The position numbers and the translations under genes are program-made. The notes beneath the pieces were generated by a model. The model saw nothing but the letters and a program-made list of their open reading frames with translations, had not been told where the DNA came from and ran no database searches. From Candidatus Poribacteria bacterium (GTDB taxonomy: Bacteria > Poribacteria > WGA-4E > WGA-3G): a stretch of DNA of 64,000 bases. Within the stretch, counting starts at the first letter, position 1. Every line of letters starts with the position of its first letter. The stretch covers positions 1,344,001 to 1,408,000 of the forward strand of contig OZ242029.1 of assembly GCA_965205015.1 (NCBI GenBank). The letters are read 5' to 3'. Shown here piece by piece: positions 9,367 to 18,756 of this stretch.

Positions 9367-10323
9367 TTAAAAAATAGGAAGATTCGTTTTCATAGGAGAG
9401 AATACATCCAAAACTTTCATAGTTTTCGCGCCAATAATGGCAGTCGCAAGGTTCCCATGGCTGTGATTGGAGAAACTGACTATCCACGCGAACCCTTGAA
9501 ATGACGGATATGCGTGAACCCCGTTTTGACCGGCTAACGTTCTTTTCACGCGTGCATCCGATTTTGCGATGTGGAGGATTACATCCACTGTTTTCTGAGA
9601 AGGGCTCCCCTGCGTTTTCAATGAACCGAGTATCTGTTTGCCCTCGTCTATTTCTGGTGGTAATCTCCTTGGATTTTGTTTTGCGAGTTCGCGAAGGTGC
9701 ATGGCGTGTCGGCGATAGGCATCGCGAAATTTTTCATAACGCTTAAGTCCGTATCCAATTGGAATTTGTTGATACTGCGCGGCACACATCTCCGCGGCAT
9801 CTGCTTCGAGGTGAAGCACTTTTACATAATCACCCTTCTGCTCCGCTACCTCGCGCTGTTTTCTGAAGAAGGTTGGATAGATACCAAATTCGTAAAACCG
9901 ATTGGGGTAGCGCGGTAGCCACATTGCGATAAATTTTGCGATATTTTCGCGTTCGACATCGAGTATTGAAAAGGCATCGGGGTTACAAACCCCTCCTACA
10001 AATTTCTGCCACGCCGTTTCGGCACTCGTGCGGTGCCACCGATATTGTCTCTGAATCTGGCGTGCCTCTTTTTCGGCGCGCGCTGCCCACTTCTCGTAGC
10101 CGTGTCGCGTATAGTAAGCGTGTGCGATCTCGTTCATCGGGACAGAGATGCGCACGAGGCATTCTGCGGCGGCTTCGTGCCAGAGGGCAAGTCTACCATA
10201 ATCACCGGACTGCGTATAGCGGTCAATAAAGACCCCAGCGGTCGCTGTGCCCTCTTGGATTGCCATAGACGGCTGCGCGGTTAGCAATAAAATTGGAAAA
10301 AGCGGTAGTGCGATAAGTTTCAT
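9367..10323 (-). CDS. Hypothetical secreted protein
   Basis: Signal peptide; ATGA overlap with upstream gene; internal repeat GDY......EAAAEC / GDY......EADAAEMC. Confidence 0.7.
   Translation of the reverse strand: MKLIALPLFPILLLTAQPSMAIQEGTATAGVFIDRYTQSGDYGRLALWHEAAAECLVRISVPMNEIAHAYYTRHGYEKWAARAEKEARQIQRQYRWHRTSAETAWQKFVGGVCNPDAFSILDVERENIAKFIAMWLPRYPNRFYEFGIYPTFFRKQREVAEQKGDYVKVLHLEADAAEMCAAQYQQIPIGYGLKRYEKFRDAYRRHAMHLRELAKQNPRRLPPEIDEGKQILGSLKTQGSPSQKTVDVILHIAKSDARVKRTLAGQNGVHAYPSFQGFAWIVSFSNHSHGNLATAIIGAKTMKVLDVFSPMKTNLPIF
9978..9999 (-). repeat. GTAG-type REP-like palindrome inside the CDS (reads VGGVCNP)
   Basis: GTAGGAGGGGTTTGTAACCCCG has the same GTAG+hairpin layout as the intergenic REPs. 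Confidence 0.65.
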
Positions 10324-11471
10324 TGGAGCATAAAGCGGACGATTCCAGAGAAGGTTTCATCGGGTGCAAGCACTATCACACCTGCGGGGATACCTCTCGC
10401 CTCTAAATTGATGGCATCCGTTGGGCAGGTGTAAGGCTCAAAACAGATGGCACCCCTATCAGGGGGCGTATAGACCACCAGTTCCCTGAATATTGCATCC
10501 GATTCCATCACCATGGTATGTCCAGTGTCCCGATTCTCAATGCGGCATCGGCTTACGCCGTCAATCAGTTGCACACTCGTGAAGACATGGTCGAGTTTCA
10601 GTTTTCCGAATGGCTGTCCGTTGCGTAGATCAAGCGTGCCAGCGACATCGTTTTGCTTACCCGTTGGCACGAGAACATCGTCTAACTCCCAATACTTCGC
10701 GGCAGGGACAGTAATCACTGCTTGTGATGCGTCCGCTGCTCCGGTCAAGTTCGTGCTAAAATACGGGTGGATACCGAACCCCATCGGCATGTTCCGGTCG
10801 CCTGTGTTTTTGATAGCAATCCGCATCGTTAGCACTGCGTCTTTGAGGGTATAGGAGATCTCAATTTTAAAAGGGAACGGATACTGCCGGATGACATCGG
10901 GAAAATTTTCGGAATTGAGTGAACAGACGAGTGTTGCTCCGTTTTCATCGGCGGCGTGCTTGTCCACCTGATAGGATAGGTTCAAGAGTAAGCCGTGGAT
11001 TGTCGTTGGAGATTCGGGTGCTTTGTCAAATTGATAGGTTTCTCCTTCAAACTGCCATCTGCCGTTGCGGATTCGGTTAGGGAATGGGAACAGTATCGGA
11101 TTCCCGTAAGCGGTTGGACGTTCTTTCAAGGTCGCGAGATCTGGCGGCGGGTCTATGAGGTTAATCCACGTCTTCCCATCTGCCACTTTAAAAACATAAC
11201 AGTTATTTCCGAGTGCGGGAACAATCTCGGCGAAGGCTTTTCCTTCTTGGTGTAGGGTGTAAACGTCGTATTTTGACTCAAGGGCATCAACCCTTTTTCC
11301 ATTGACTGCGTACCGTGTTTGCGCCATCGCTTTCCCCCTATCTGCATTTGTGAATATTGTCGAAAGTAAGAGAAGAAGACCTGTTATTCCTACGCGGAGC
11401 GTGCGCCTCCAAGTCCCTCTAAATCGAGGAAGTAAAAAAATACAATCCATTGTTTTTACCCTATCTCTCAT
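10320..11471 (-). CDS. Aldose 1-epimerase (galactose mutarotase-like) family protein
   Basis: LFPFPNRI, IHG, GIHPYF, LDH, CFEP motifs; start uncertain. Confidence 0.9.
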   Translation of the reverse strand: MRDRVKTMDCIFLLPRFRGTWRRTLRVGITGLLLLLSTIFTNADRGKAMAQTRYAVNGKRVDALESKYDVYTLHQEGKAFAEIVPALGNNCYVFKVADGKTWINLIDPPPDLATLKERPTAYGNPILFPFPNRIRNGRWQFEGETYQFDKAPESPTTIHGLLLNLSYQVDKHAADENGATLVCSLNSENFPDVIRQYPFPFKIEISYTLKDAVLTMRIAIKNTGDRNMPMGFGIHPYFSTNLTGAADASQAVITVPAAKYWELDDVLVPTGKQNDVAGTLDLRNGQPFGKLKLDHVFTSVQLIDGVSRCRIENRDTGHTMVMESDAIFRELVVYTPPDRGAICFEPYTCPTDAINLEARGIPAGVIVLAPDETFSGIVRFMLQ

Positions 11472-11481
11472 GCGTAGATTG

Positions 11482-11570
11482 GCACAAACTAACAGTTTAT
11501 GCTACAAAAACGTAAACTGGCACAAACTAACAATTTGTGCCACAATGCACAGCCTAACAGGCTATGCTAC
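11482..11570. repeat. Cluster of three REP-like hairpins of the GTAGCATAAACTGTTAGTTTGTGC family
   Basis: GCACAAACTAACAGTTTATGCTAC and two variants; same family at 26585 and 27749. Confidence 0.75.
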
Positions 11571-12184
11571 AAAGTAGCTTTGGCGCACCAGTGAATGCCG
11601 CGCTTCAGGACCTCCCGGAAGTTTGGATTGGAAAAGGTGACATCGTCGTGTCCACTCTGGAAACAGAAGATGCGGGAATTGCCGTATTCACGCGCCCATC
11701 CCAATACATCCATACTGTTCGGATGATCGACTGTTAAGAGGATCGCACTATCATCACCCGCGGACTTCATGGTATAGGTTTCGTCGCCCATCTCCCATTC
11801 GGTGAGACCTTCTGTGATTGGATGCGTGGTATCCGCGATTTGCACCTGTAACGTTTGCCGAGGATAGTAACCAAAATCGCGTTCATGGATACCGCACATG
11901 TCGGAGTAGGCCTCCCATTCTGGGAACGCTAAGATGGCGTGATGCAGAATTACCATGCCCTGTCCACGTTCCGTTATACCGAGAATCGCCTGTGCTTGTG
12001 CATCCGTTGGATAGGGACGGTGAAAGTTGTAAAAGACGACGGTATCGTAGTCTTTCTGGCTTGGATCGTTCACAAAGTCGTCCAGATCCTCTCGGACGAA
12101 TTGAACGTCTTCCATGTTTTCAAAAACGGCGTCAAACTGTTTTTCTTGGAAGCCGTGTTCACCGGTTACGACTGCGATTTTCAT
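11567..12184 (-). CDS. ThuA-like (class I glutamine amidotransferase-like) domain protein
   Basis: TGEH, GMVILH, HPIT, DETY, GH motifs; start at MKIAVV after AAGGAG. Confidence 0.85.
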   Translation of the reverse strand: MKIAVVTGEHGFQEKQFDAVFENMEDVQFVREDLDDFVNDPSQKDYDTVVFYNFHRPYPTDAQAQAILGITERGQGMVILHHAILAFPEWEAYSDMCGIHERDFGYYPRQTLQVQIADTTHPITEGLTEWEMGDETYTMKSAGDDSAILLTVDHPNSMDVLGWAREYGNSRIFCFQSGHDDVTFSNPNFREVLKRGIHWCAKATL

Positions 12185-12210
12185 GGTTCTTTCTCCTTTC
12201 AAGAATGTGC

Positions 12211-12235
12211 GGGCAGGCACAAGACCTGCCCCTAC
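12211..12235 (-). repeat. GTAG REP GTAGGGGCAGGTCTTGTGCCTGCCC (identical copy at 15948-15972)
   Basis: Two identical 25-bp palindromes. Confidence 0.85.
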
Positions 12236-12268
12236 AGTGGACTTTTCAGAACGGAATTACCGAAATCT

Positions 12269-13582
12269 TTAATATCGCGCCCACTGCCATAACTGCCCCA
12301 AGGTGGGACGTTTGCCGTACATCAGAATTCCGATCCGATAGATTTTCCCACTAATCAGTGTGACGAGCAGGACAGTGGCACACACCAATAAGATGTTCAG
12401 TAGAATCTCCCATAAGGGAGGCATTAGCACGTTGATGCGCATGAACATCAGTATCGGAGAGAAAAACGGGATGTGGGAGAGCAGCACACTGAGTGTCGAA
12501 TCAGGGATCCTAAACAACTGGAACATCAGTATGAACGGGATAACAATGAGCATCGTGAGGGGTACGGCCGTCTGCCGTGCTTCCTCCTCACTGTTGCATA
12601 TCGCGCCGACGATAGCGTAAAGCGTCGAATACATGAAGAAACCGATAACAAAGTAGATGAAGAAATATGTCAGCACTTCAGCACTACTCACTTTGACGGT
12701 CTCAATTACGCCGAGAAGCTGCACTGGCAGGCTATCGATACCAAAGATGCCAAGCAACGGCTCTATGTTCATAACCAACAATACACCAAATATCACCCAG
12801 ATAGCGAACATCGTCAAACAGACAGAGCAGACACCGACGAGTTTGCCGAGTAGCAACTGATGCGGTTTGACTGATGAAACGATCACCTCAACGATTCGGG
12901 TTGTTTTCTCTTCGAGTACACTTAGCATGATGGAGTTGGCATAGATGATAACGAACATGTAAAGCACAAAAACAAGTAGGTACCCAAGTCCAAGCCGCGC
13001 CCCTGTCTCTAAGGCACTCTCAACTTTAGCACCACTTTTAACAGCATACGCGTTAAATCTAACGGAGCGCATGAGTCGGCTGGCTTCGCGCTGAGAATAA
13101 CCGCTTTCCGCAAAGCGTTTGCCCCGAACGATATCAGAAATGACGCGGCGGAGCGCGTTTTGCACCTCAAAATTCGTCGCTGTTCTGGCATAGAAACGTA
13201 CCTCGCCGTTTGCAAAAACATCTTTCGGGATCTCAAGATAAGCGTAAAGATCTTTTGTGTTGACACGTTCCCGGAGTGCGGCTCTTGCCTCCTCCGTTGT
13301 AGCAGCCTCCTTATGGAGTTGATAAACGAGTTCCCCTTTATGCTGAAAAGTCGAGTGTCCAGCGATAGCCGCCTGCATCTCTGTAAAGATTTCACCTGTC
13401 TCATCAATAACCGCGAGTTTTCTCATTTCTTTAGTTTTGTCCGCCATGATTGCGATAAAACTGGACAGAAATACCAACCCACACATCAACACCGGCATAA
13501 GAAATAAGGAAACAACAAACCCCTTGGATTTAACGCGCGTCATGTATTCACGTTTGATAACGGTGACAACTTTATTCGGCAT
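12269..13582 (-). CDS. ABC-2 type permease (NatB/YhaP-like)
   Basis: KREY, EEKTTRIVE, LLGK, IPFFSP, YRIGILMYG motifs; multiple TM segments. Confidence 0.9.
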   Translation of the reverse strand: MPNKVVTVIKREYMTRVKSKGFVVSLFLMPVLMCGLVFLSSFIAIMADKTKEMRKLAVIDETGEIFTEMQAAIAGHSTFQHKGELVYQLHKEAATTEEARAALRERVNTKDLYAYLEIPKDVFANGEVRFYARTATNFEVQNALRRVISDIVRGKRFAESGYSQREASRLMRSVRFNAYAVKSGAKVESALETGARLGLGYLLVFVLYMFVIIYANSIMLSVLEEKTTRIVEVIVSSVKPHQLLLGKLVGVCSVCLTMFAIWVIFGVLLVMNIEPLLGIFGIDSLPVQLLGVIETVKVSSAEVLTYFFIYFVIGFFMYSTLYAIVGAICNSEEEARQTAVPLTMLIVIPFILMFQLFRIPDSTLSVLLSHIPFFSPILMFMRINVLMPPLWEILLNILLVCATVLLVTLISGKIYRIGILMYGKRPTLGQLWQWARY

Positions 13583-14495
13583 CCTGTACTGTTCCTCCGT
13601 GCGTTTCAACACTTTGGACGAAAATCTCGTGTAACGCCGGTTCTACTAACTCAAACCGCGTCACATCAACGCCTTTCTCAACCAGTTCTTGGAGCAGTTG
13701 ACGATAGTCCTCTGGGTTCCGTAATTTAACCTCAGCATACTGCCCAAAATCGTTAAAATCTTGAACCCAAGGGGAGTTGCGAATCGGTTCAAGAGCCCCT
13801 ATGTATTCAATCTCAACAGAATTTTTGCCGAATGCACGCTTAACAGCGCGAAGCTCGCCTTCAAGTAATACTTTGCCCTGATGAATGAGACAAATGTGAT
13901 CGCATAGTTTTTCCACCTGTTCCATCACATGCGTTGAGAAGATAATTGTACTGCCGTTATCCCGCAGTTCAAGCATCATATCCTTGAGAAGCGTCATGTT
14001 AATAGGGTCCAGACCGGAAAAAGGTTCATCAAGAATAATCAACTCAGGTTTGTGAATTACTGTGGTGATGAACTGAATTTTCTGAGCCATCCCTTTTGAG
14101 AGCTCATCAACCCGCTTGTTTCCCCACTCCGACAGTTGCATCTTCTCTAACCATCGTTCAATTTCGCTGAGTGCCTGTTGCTTATATAAGCCTTTTAATT
14201 CAGCGATAAAGAGGATGACATCCCGCACCTTCATTTTGCGGTACAAACCACGCTCCTCTGGTAGATATCCAATCTGGTCCAAAAAATCTTGGATGTGCCG
14301 ATTGCCGCTGAATGTAATGCTGCCTGTATCCGGCGCAATAATGTCCATTATCATGCGGAGGGTTGTCGTTTTTCCGGCACCGTTGGGACCCAGCAGCCCG
14401 TATATACTCCCCTTTTCAATGCTGAAGGAGATATCCGATACCGCTACGAAGTCACCGAACCGTTTATGAACATTTTCGAGTTGAAGGAGGTTCAT
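13572..14495 (-). CDS. ABC transporter ATP-binding protein (NatA/YhaQ-like)
   Basis: GPNGAGKT, LSKG, LDEP, STH. Confidence 0.95.
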   Translation of the reverse strand: MNLLQLENVHKRFGDFVAVSDISFSIEKGSIYGLLGPNGAGKTTTLRMIMDIIAPDTGSITFSGNRHIQDFLDQIGYLPEERGLYRKMKVRDVILFIAELKGLYKQQALSEIERWLEKMQLSEWGNKRVDELSKGMAQKIQFITTVIHKPELIILDEPFSGLDPINMTLLKDMMLELRDNGSTIIFSTHVMEQVEKLCDHICLIHQGKVLLEGELRAVKRAFGKNSVEIEYIGALEPIRNSPWVQDFNDFGQYAEVKLRNPEDYRQLLQELVEKGVDVTRFELVEPALHEIFVQSVETHGGTVQDAE

Positions 14496-14543
14496 CTTTT
14501 TACTCCGAAATTAGACAAATGATGGGTTTCACTCATGCCTAAT

Positions 14544-14714
14544 TCGGTGCGGTTGAATGAAGATTAATTTATTAATTCGGTAATGCCATAGCCATATCCG
14601 GTGTCCCTTCCCAGTAACGGGTGGGAACCCTGGTTGCAAACCGCACCTACCGGGCCTGGGGAAATATCAAATTACCGAATTATTTTTTGAAACTTTATCA
14701 AACCGCACCTACCG
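14544..14714. mobile_element. REP-like hairpin (GGTGCGGTT...AACCGCACCTAC) interrupted by a MITE-like insert with TAATTCGGTAAT inverted repeats
   Basis: Inner inverted pair ~14574-14585 / 14671-14682; outer REP arms at 14546 and 14701; extra AAACCGCACCTACC inside. Confidence 0.5.
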
Positions 14715-14737
14715 AGAATGGCACAGCAATTACAAAT

Positions 14738-15934
14738 CTAATCCGTAATCGCCTGATAGGTAAGGACCCGGAACTGGGCGTGGAACGGTGAGTCACCTAT
14801 CAATTGCGTCATCAGGATGCCGATTAAATCTTCGACAGGATCAATCCAAAAGGTTGTACTTGCGAGCCCACCCCAACTGTAGGTGCCTTCAGAACCGGGC
14901 CCGTGGGTCTCAGCGACATCGGTGACGACGGCAAACCCGAGTCCGAAACCGCATCCGGTTCTCTCAAGCGGTTGCCAATCGTCAGAGATATGATTCATTC
15001 TGATGAGTTCAACGGTTTTCCTTCCAAGCAGTCGAACGCCATCGAGTTCACCATCGTTGAGTAGCATTTGGCAGAAGCGGAGATAATCCGCAGCGGTTGA
15101 CTGCAGTCCAGCACCACCCGAGTGGAAAAAGCTGCGCGGTCCGCTGGAAACCGGAGCGTTCTCGATTACCTGAATACCGCCGTCTTCGGCAGGTTCATAT
15201 AACGTCGGGTACCGATCCGCCTTTTCGTCGGGCACCGAGAAAGCAGTGTCCGTCATTCCCAACGGATCCAAAATCTGGGTTTTTAGAAATTCCGCAAACG
15301 GCACGCCGGATACGACTTCTACGAGGTAGCCGAGAACATCGGTAGACATGCCGTAATTCCATGCACCACCGGGATGGTGAAGGAGCGGGATATTTCCGAG
15401 TTCTTGCGCCATGTTTGCAAGGTCGCCACCGTAGAAATTCGCTGCCTTATACCGTTCATTAATCGGGTGATCCCAGTCGCCACCGTAGATAATTCCAGAG
15501 GTGTGCGTCAACAGATGCTTGATTGTCATCTCGCGTTCTGCGTCAACAATATTTTCGCCGCCCTCAGTATAAACTTGCATGTCTTTGAAAGCGGGAATCA
15601 ATTCAGAGACGGGGGTGCCGAGTTGGAAATGCCCTTCCTCGTAGAGCATCATCACTGCGATGCTGGTAATCGGCTTCGTCATCGAATAGATGCGGAAGAT
15701 GGTATCAAATTCCAGCGGTTTCTCGGTAGCGATATCCTGCATACCGAGCTTTTCGAAATGGACGAGTCTGCCCTCACGCGCGATCATCGTTAGCGCGCCG
15801 GGGATTTTTCCATCGTCAACCCAGCGTTGCATGACTGGCGCGATGCGTTCCAACCGCGCGGTTGACATGCCGACATCTTCAGGTACTGCGCGTGGTAATC
15901 CGCCATATCCATATCTTGTCATAGAACCCTCCAT
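14738..15934 (-). CDS. Serine hydrolase, beta-lactamase class C/EstB-like family (paralog 1)
   Basis: SMTK, LLTHTSG, WNYG, SWGG. Confidence 0.92.
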   Translation of the reverse strand: MEGSMTRYGYGGLPRAVPEDVGMSTARLERIAPVMQRWVDDGKIPGALTMIAREGRLVHFEKLGMQDIATEKPLEFDTIFRIYSMTKPITSIAVMMLYEEGHFQLGTPVSELIPAFKDMQVYTEGGENIVDAEREMTIKHLLTHTSGIIYGGDWDHPINERYKAANFYGGDLANMAQELGNIPLLHHPGGAWNYGMSTDVLGYLVEVVSGVPFAEFLKTQILDPLGMTDTAFSVPDEKADRYPTLYEPAEDGGIQVIENAPVSSGPRSFFHSGGAGLQSTAADYLRFCQMLLNDGELDGVRLLGRKTVELIRMNHISDDWQPLERTGCGFGLGFAVVTDVAETHGPGSEGTYSWGGLASTTFWIDPVEDLIGILMTQLIGDSPFHAQFRVLTYQAITD

Positions 15935-15994
15935 GTGATAGATCTGTGGGCAGGCACAAGACCTGCCCCTACTGAAAATAACTGACGGCCACTA

Positions 15995-17179
15995 TTAAGT
16001 TAGTGCTTGATAGGTTAGCACACGGAATTGGGCGTGGAACGGTGAATCGGCACCTACTAATTGGGTCATAAAGACACCGATCAACTCCTCCACAGGATCG
16101 ATCCAAAATGTGGTACTTGCCATACCGCCCCAACCGCAAGTACCTAAGGAACCGAGCGTGTGCGTTTCAGCGACATCCGTGACAACGGCGAACCCAAGTC
16201 CGAAACCGGATCCAGTTCTCTGATTGGGTTGCCAAACGTTAGAAATATGGTTCATTGTGATGAGTTCGACTGTCTTTCTGCCGAGCAGTCGCACACCGTC
16301 GAGTTCACCACCGTTGAGTACCATCTGACAGAATCGGAGATAATCGGGGGCGGTCGATTGGAGTCCTCCCCCACCAGAATGGAAAAAACTCAACGGTCCA
16401 GTTGCAGCATGGACCTTCTCAATTGCCTGAAGTCCACCGTCTTCCCCGAATTCATATACCTTTGAATATCGGTTAGCGTTTTCAACTCGCACGGAAAAAC
16501 CGGTGTCATTCATGCCTAAAGGCTCAAAAATACGAGTTTTCAAAAACGTCTCAAACGGCACACCCGATACGATCCCTACCAAGTAGCCGAGTACATCGGT
16601 AGACATGCCGTATTTCCATGCATCCCCAGGATGATGAAGGAGTGGAATACTCCCGAGTTTTTGTATCATGGTGGCGAGATCACCGCTGTAGAGATCCGCA
16701 TCTTCATATTGCCGATCGATCGGGTGATTCTCCCTATCGCTCTCATAGATAAGTCCGGCGGTATGCGTGAGTAAATGTTTGATTGTCACCTGGCGTTCGG
16801 CATCCACAATAGCACTGCCATCTTCCGTGTAAACCTTCATGTCTTTGAAAGCCGGAACAAACTCGGAGATAGGTGTGGTGAGTTGAAAATGTCCTTCCTC
16901 ATAGAGCATCATCACTGCGATACTGGTAATCGGCTTCGTCATTGAGTAGAGGCGGAAGATGGTATCAAATTCTACGGGTTTGGCGGCGGCGATATCCTGC
17001 ATGCCAAACTTTTCAAAATGGACGAGTTTGCCTTCACGGGCGATCATTGTCAATGCGCACGGGATTTTTCCGTTGTCAACATAGCCCTGCATGACCGGCG
17101 CAATACGTCCTAACCGCGAGGTGGACATACCCACATCTTCGGGGATCGCTCGTGGCAATCCATGATATGTTGTCATCAA
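15995..17179 (-). CDS. Serine hydrolase, beta-lactamase family (paralog 2)
   Basis: SMTK, LLTHTAG, WKYG, GWGG; highly similar to paralog 1. Confidence 0.92.
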   Translation of the reverse strand: MMTTYHGLPRAIPEDVGMSTSRLGRIAPVMQGYVDNGKIPCALTMIAREGKLVHFEKFGMQDIAAAKPVEFDTIFRLYSMTKPITSIAVMMLYEEGHFQLTTPISEFVPAFKDMKVYTEDGSAIVDAERQVTIKHLLTHTAGLIYESDRENHPIDRQYEDADLYSGDLATMIQKLGSIPLLHHPGDAWKYGMSTDVLGYLVGIVSGVPFETFLKTRIFEPLGMNDTGFSVRVENANRYSKVYEFGEDGGLQAIEKVHAATGPLSFFHSGGGGLQSTAPDYLRFCQMVLNGGELDGVRLLGRKTVELITMNHISNVWQPNQRTGSGFGLGFAVVTDVAETHTLGSLGTCGWGGMASTTFWIDPVEELIGVFMTQLVGADSPFHAQFRVLTYQALT

Positions 17180-17197
17180 GTCTCCTGTAAGGTGTTA

Positions 17198-17316
17198 GGG
17201 CAGCCGCAAGGGCAGCCATAAGGCAGCCACAAGGCAGCCACAAGGGCAGCCATAAGGGCAGCCACAAGGGCAGCCACAAGGGCAGCCATAAGGGCAGCCA
17301 TAAGGGCAGCCCCTAC
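17198..17316. repeat. Tandem array of nine 11-12 bp units (G)GGCAGCC(A/G)(C/T)AA ending in GGGCAGCCCCTAC
   Basis: Units read directly; the end is a minus-strand GTAG REP head. Confidence 0.95.
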
Positions 17317-17335
17317 AGCTGGGTGCTGGTAGCCA

Positions 17336-18676
17336 TTATTCCGTGAGCGCCTCATAGGTCAGCACTTTAAATTGGTGGTGGAACGGATACGGGTTATTGT
17401 GAATCTGCGTCATGAGCACGCCGACCACCTCTTCGACAGGGTCTATCCAGAAGATGGTCGCGGCGGCACCGCCCCAACTGAAACTTCCGACCGACTCCGG
17501 GTCGTCTTTTGATTCCTTATCCTCCTCACCTGATGCGTCCTCGTCATCAGCGTCTGAGGTATCCTTATCCTCCTTATCTGATGCGTCCTCGTCATCAGCG
17601 TCCGTATCTGTGGGTTCTTTATCGCTTACCACAGCGAAACCGAGTCCAAACCACCCCTCGTGATGCGGATAGCGCATCAGTTCGACCGTTTCCTTCGCTA
17701 ATATACGGGTACCGTCGAGTTCACCGCCGTTGAGCAGCATTTGAGAAAAACGTATGTAATCTGCAGCGGTTGAGACGAGCCCCCCACCGCCGGAAGGGAA
17801 AAACGTGAATTCGCCGTCCGCGTCGGCTTTCTTTCCAACACGTTCGAGCCCATCGTCTTTACTAAAAGTATACAGTGCGGCAAACCTGTCCCGCTTCTCC
17901 GGTGGCACCGAAAATGCGGTGTCTACCATGCCGAGGGGTCCAAAGAGGCGCGTTTGGAGGAATTTTTCAAACGGCATTCCGGAAACGGTTTCCACAAGAT
18001 AACCGAGTACATCCGTAGAGACGCCGTAGGTCCATCTTTCACCGGGTTCATGAACGAGTGGAATGTCCCCGAGTGTTTTCACCATATCGACTAATGTCGC
18101 ACTGGCACCAGACATTTTCAGCGCCTTATAGCGTTCATCAACGGGTTTATTCCCCCAACCGTAGGTGAATCCTGCGGTATGCATGAGGAGGTGTTTGATC
18201 GTTATCTCGTTCTTCGCGTCCGAGATTTCCGTTTGGTCCTTGTTGTAGACCTTCATATTTTCAAATTCAGGAATAAACCGAGAAACGGGTGTGTCAAGTT
18301 GGAAATGTCCCTCTTCATAGAGCATCATCACTGCGACACTGGTAATCGGCTTCGACATGGAGTAGATGCGGAAGATGGTATCAGGCGCTATGGGTTTCTT
18401 ATTTTCGATATCTCGCATGCCGACGGTTTCAAAATGGACGATTTTCCCGCGTCTGGCGACGACTGTCAGGAATCCGGGTAGGTTTTCCTTATCGACGTAA
18501 TCTTGCAACATAGGACGGATGTGTTCAAGACGTTCGGCAGAAACACCGACCTCCTCCGGTGCTGCCGTCGGTAGTCCTTGTCCGAAGGCAAGCACAGGGA
18601 GGCAAAAAATCAGTAAACACATATAGGTCAATTTTTTCAATCTACTTTCCTTTCTCTTTTCTCGTAAAGTATGCAT
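17336..18676 (-). CDS. Secreted serine hydrolase, beta-lactamase family (paralog 3), with acidic duplicated insert
   Basis: Signal peptide, SMSK, LLMHTAG, WTYG; DADDEDAS occurs twice. Confidence 0.9.
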   Translation of the reverse strand: MHTLREKRKESRLKKLTYMCLLIFCLPVLAFGQGLPTAAPEEVGVSAERLEHIRPMLQDYVDKENLPGFLTVVARRGKIVHFETVGMRDIENKKPIAPDTIFRIYSMSKPITSVAVMMLYEEGHFQLDTPVSRFIPEFENMKVYNKDQTEISDAKNEITIKHLLMHTAGFTYGWGNKPVDERYKALKMSGASATLVDMVKTLGDIPLVHEPGERWTYGVSTDVLGYLVETVSGMPFEKFLQTRLFGPLGMVDTAFSVPPEKRDRFAALYTFSKDDGLERVGKKADADGEFTFFPSGGGGLVSTAADYIRFSQMLLNGGELDGTRILAKETVELMRYPHHEGWFGLGFAVVSDKEPTDTDADDEDASDKEDKDTSDADDEDASGEEDKESKDDPESVGSFSWGGAAATIFWIDPVEEVVGVLMTQIHNNPYPFHHQFKVLTYEALTE

Positions 18677-18695
18677 ATTAACAACGGGATATAAA

Positions 18696-18723
18696 GGGGC
18701 GAGGTTCGGAAACCTCGCCAGCA
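18696..18723. repeat. REP-like palindrome GGCGAGGTTCGGAAACCTCGCCAGC (near-identical copy at 25960-25985; relative at 35494-35516)
   Basis: Repeated hairpin sequence. Confidence 0.8.
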
Positions 18724-18756
18724 GTGGAAGAACGTTCTCGATCTATTGCCTTTTTT

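Noticed and set aside
17198-17316. Possible CRISPR array or the 67-aa (WLPL)n ORF
   Set aside because: Units are 11-12 bp with no unique spacers and no cas genes; the ORF is just the translated repeat.
14738-18676. Beta-lactam resistance genes
   Set aside because: WGG in place of the KTG triad and the LLxHxxG pattern fit esterase-type members; resistance cannot be inferred.
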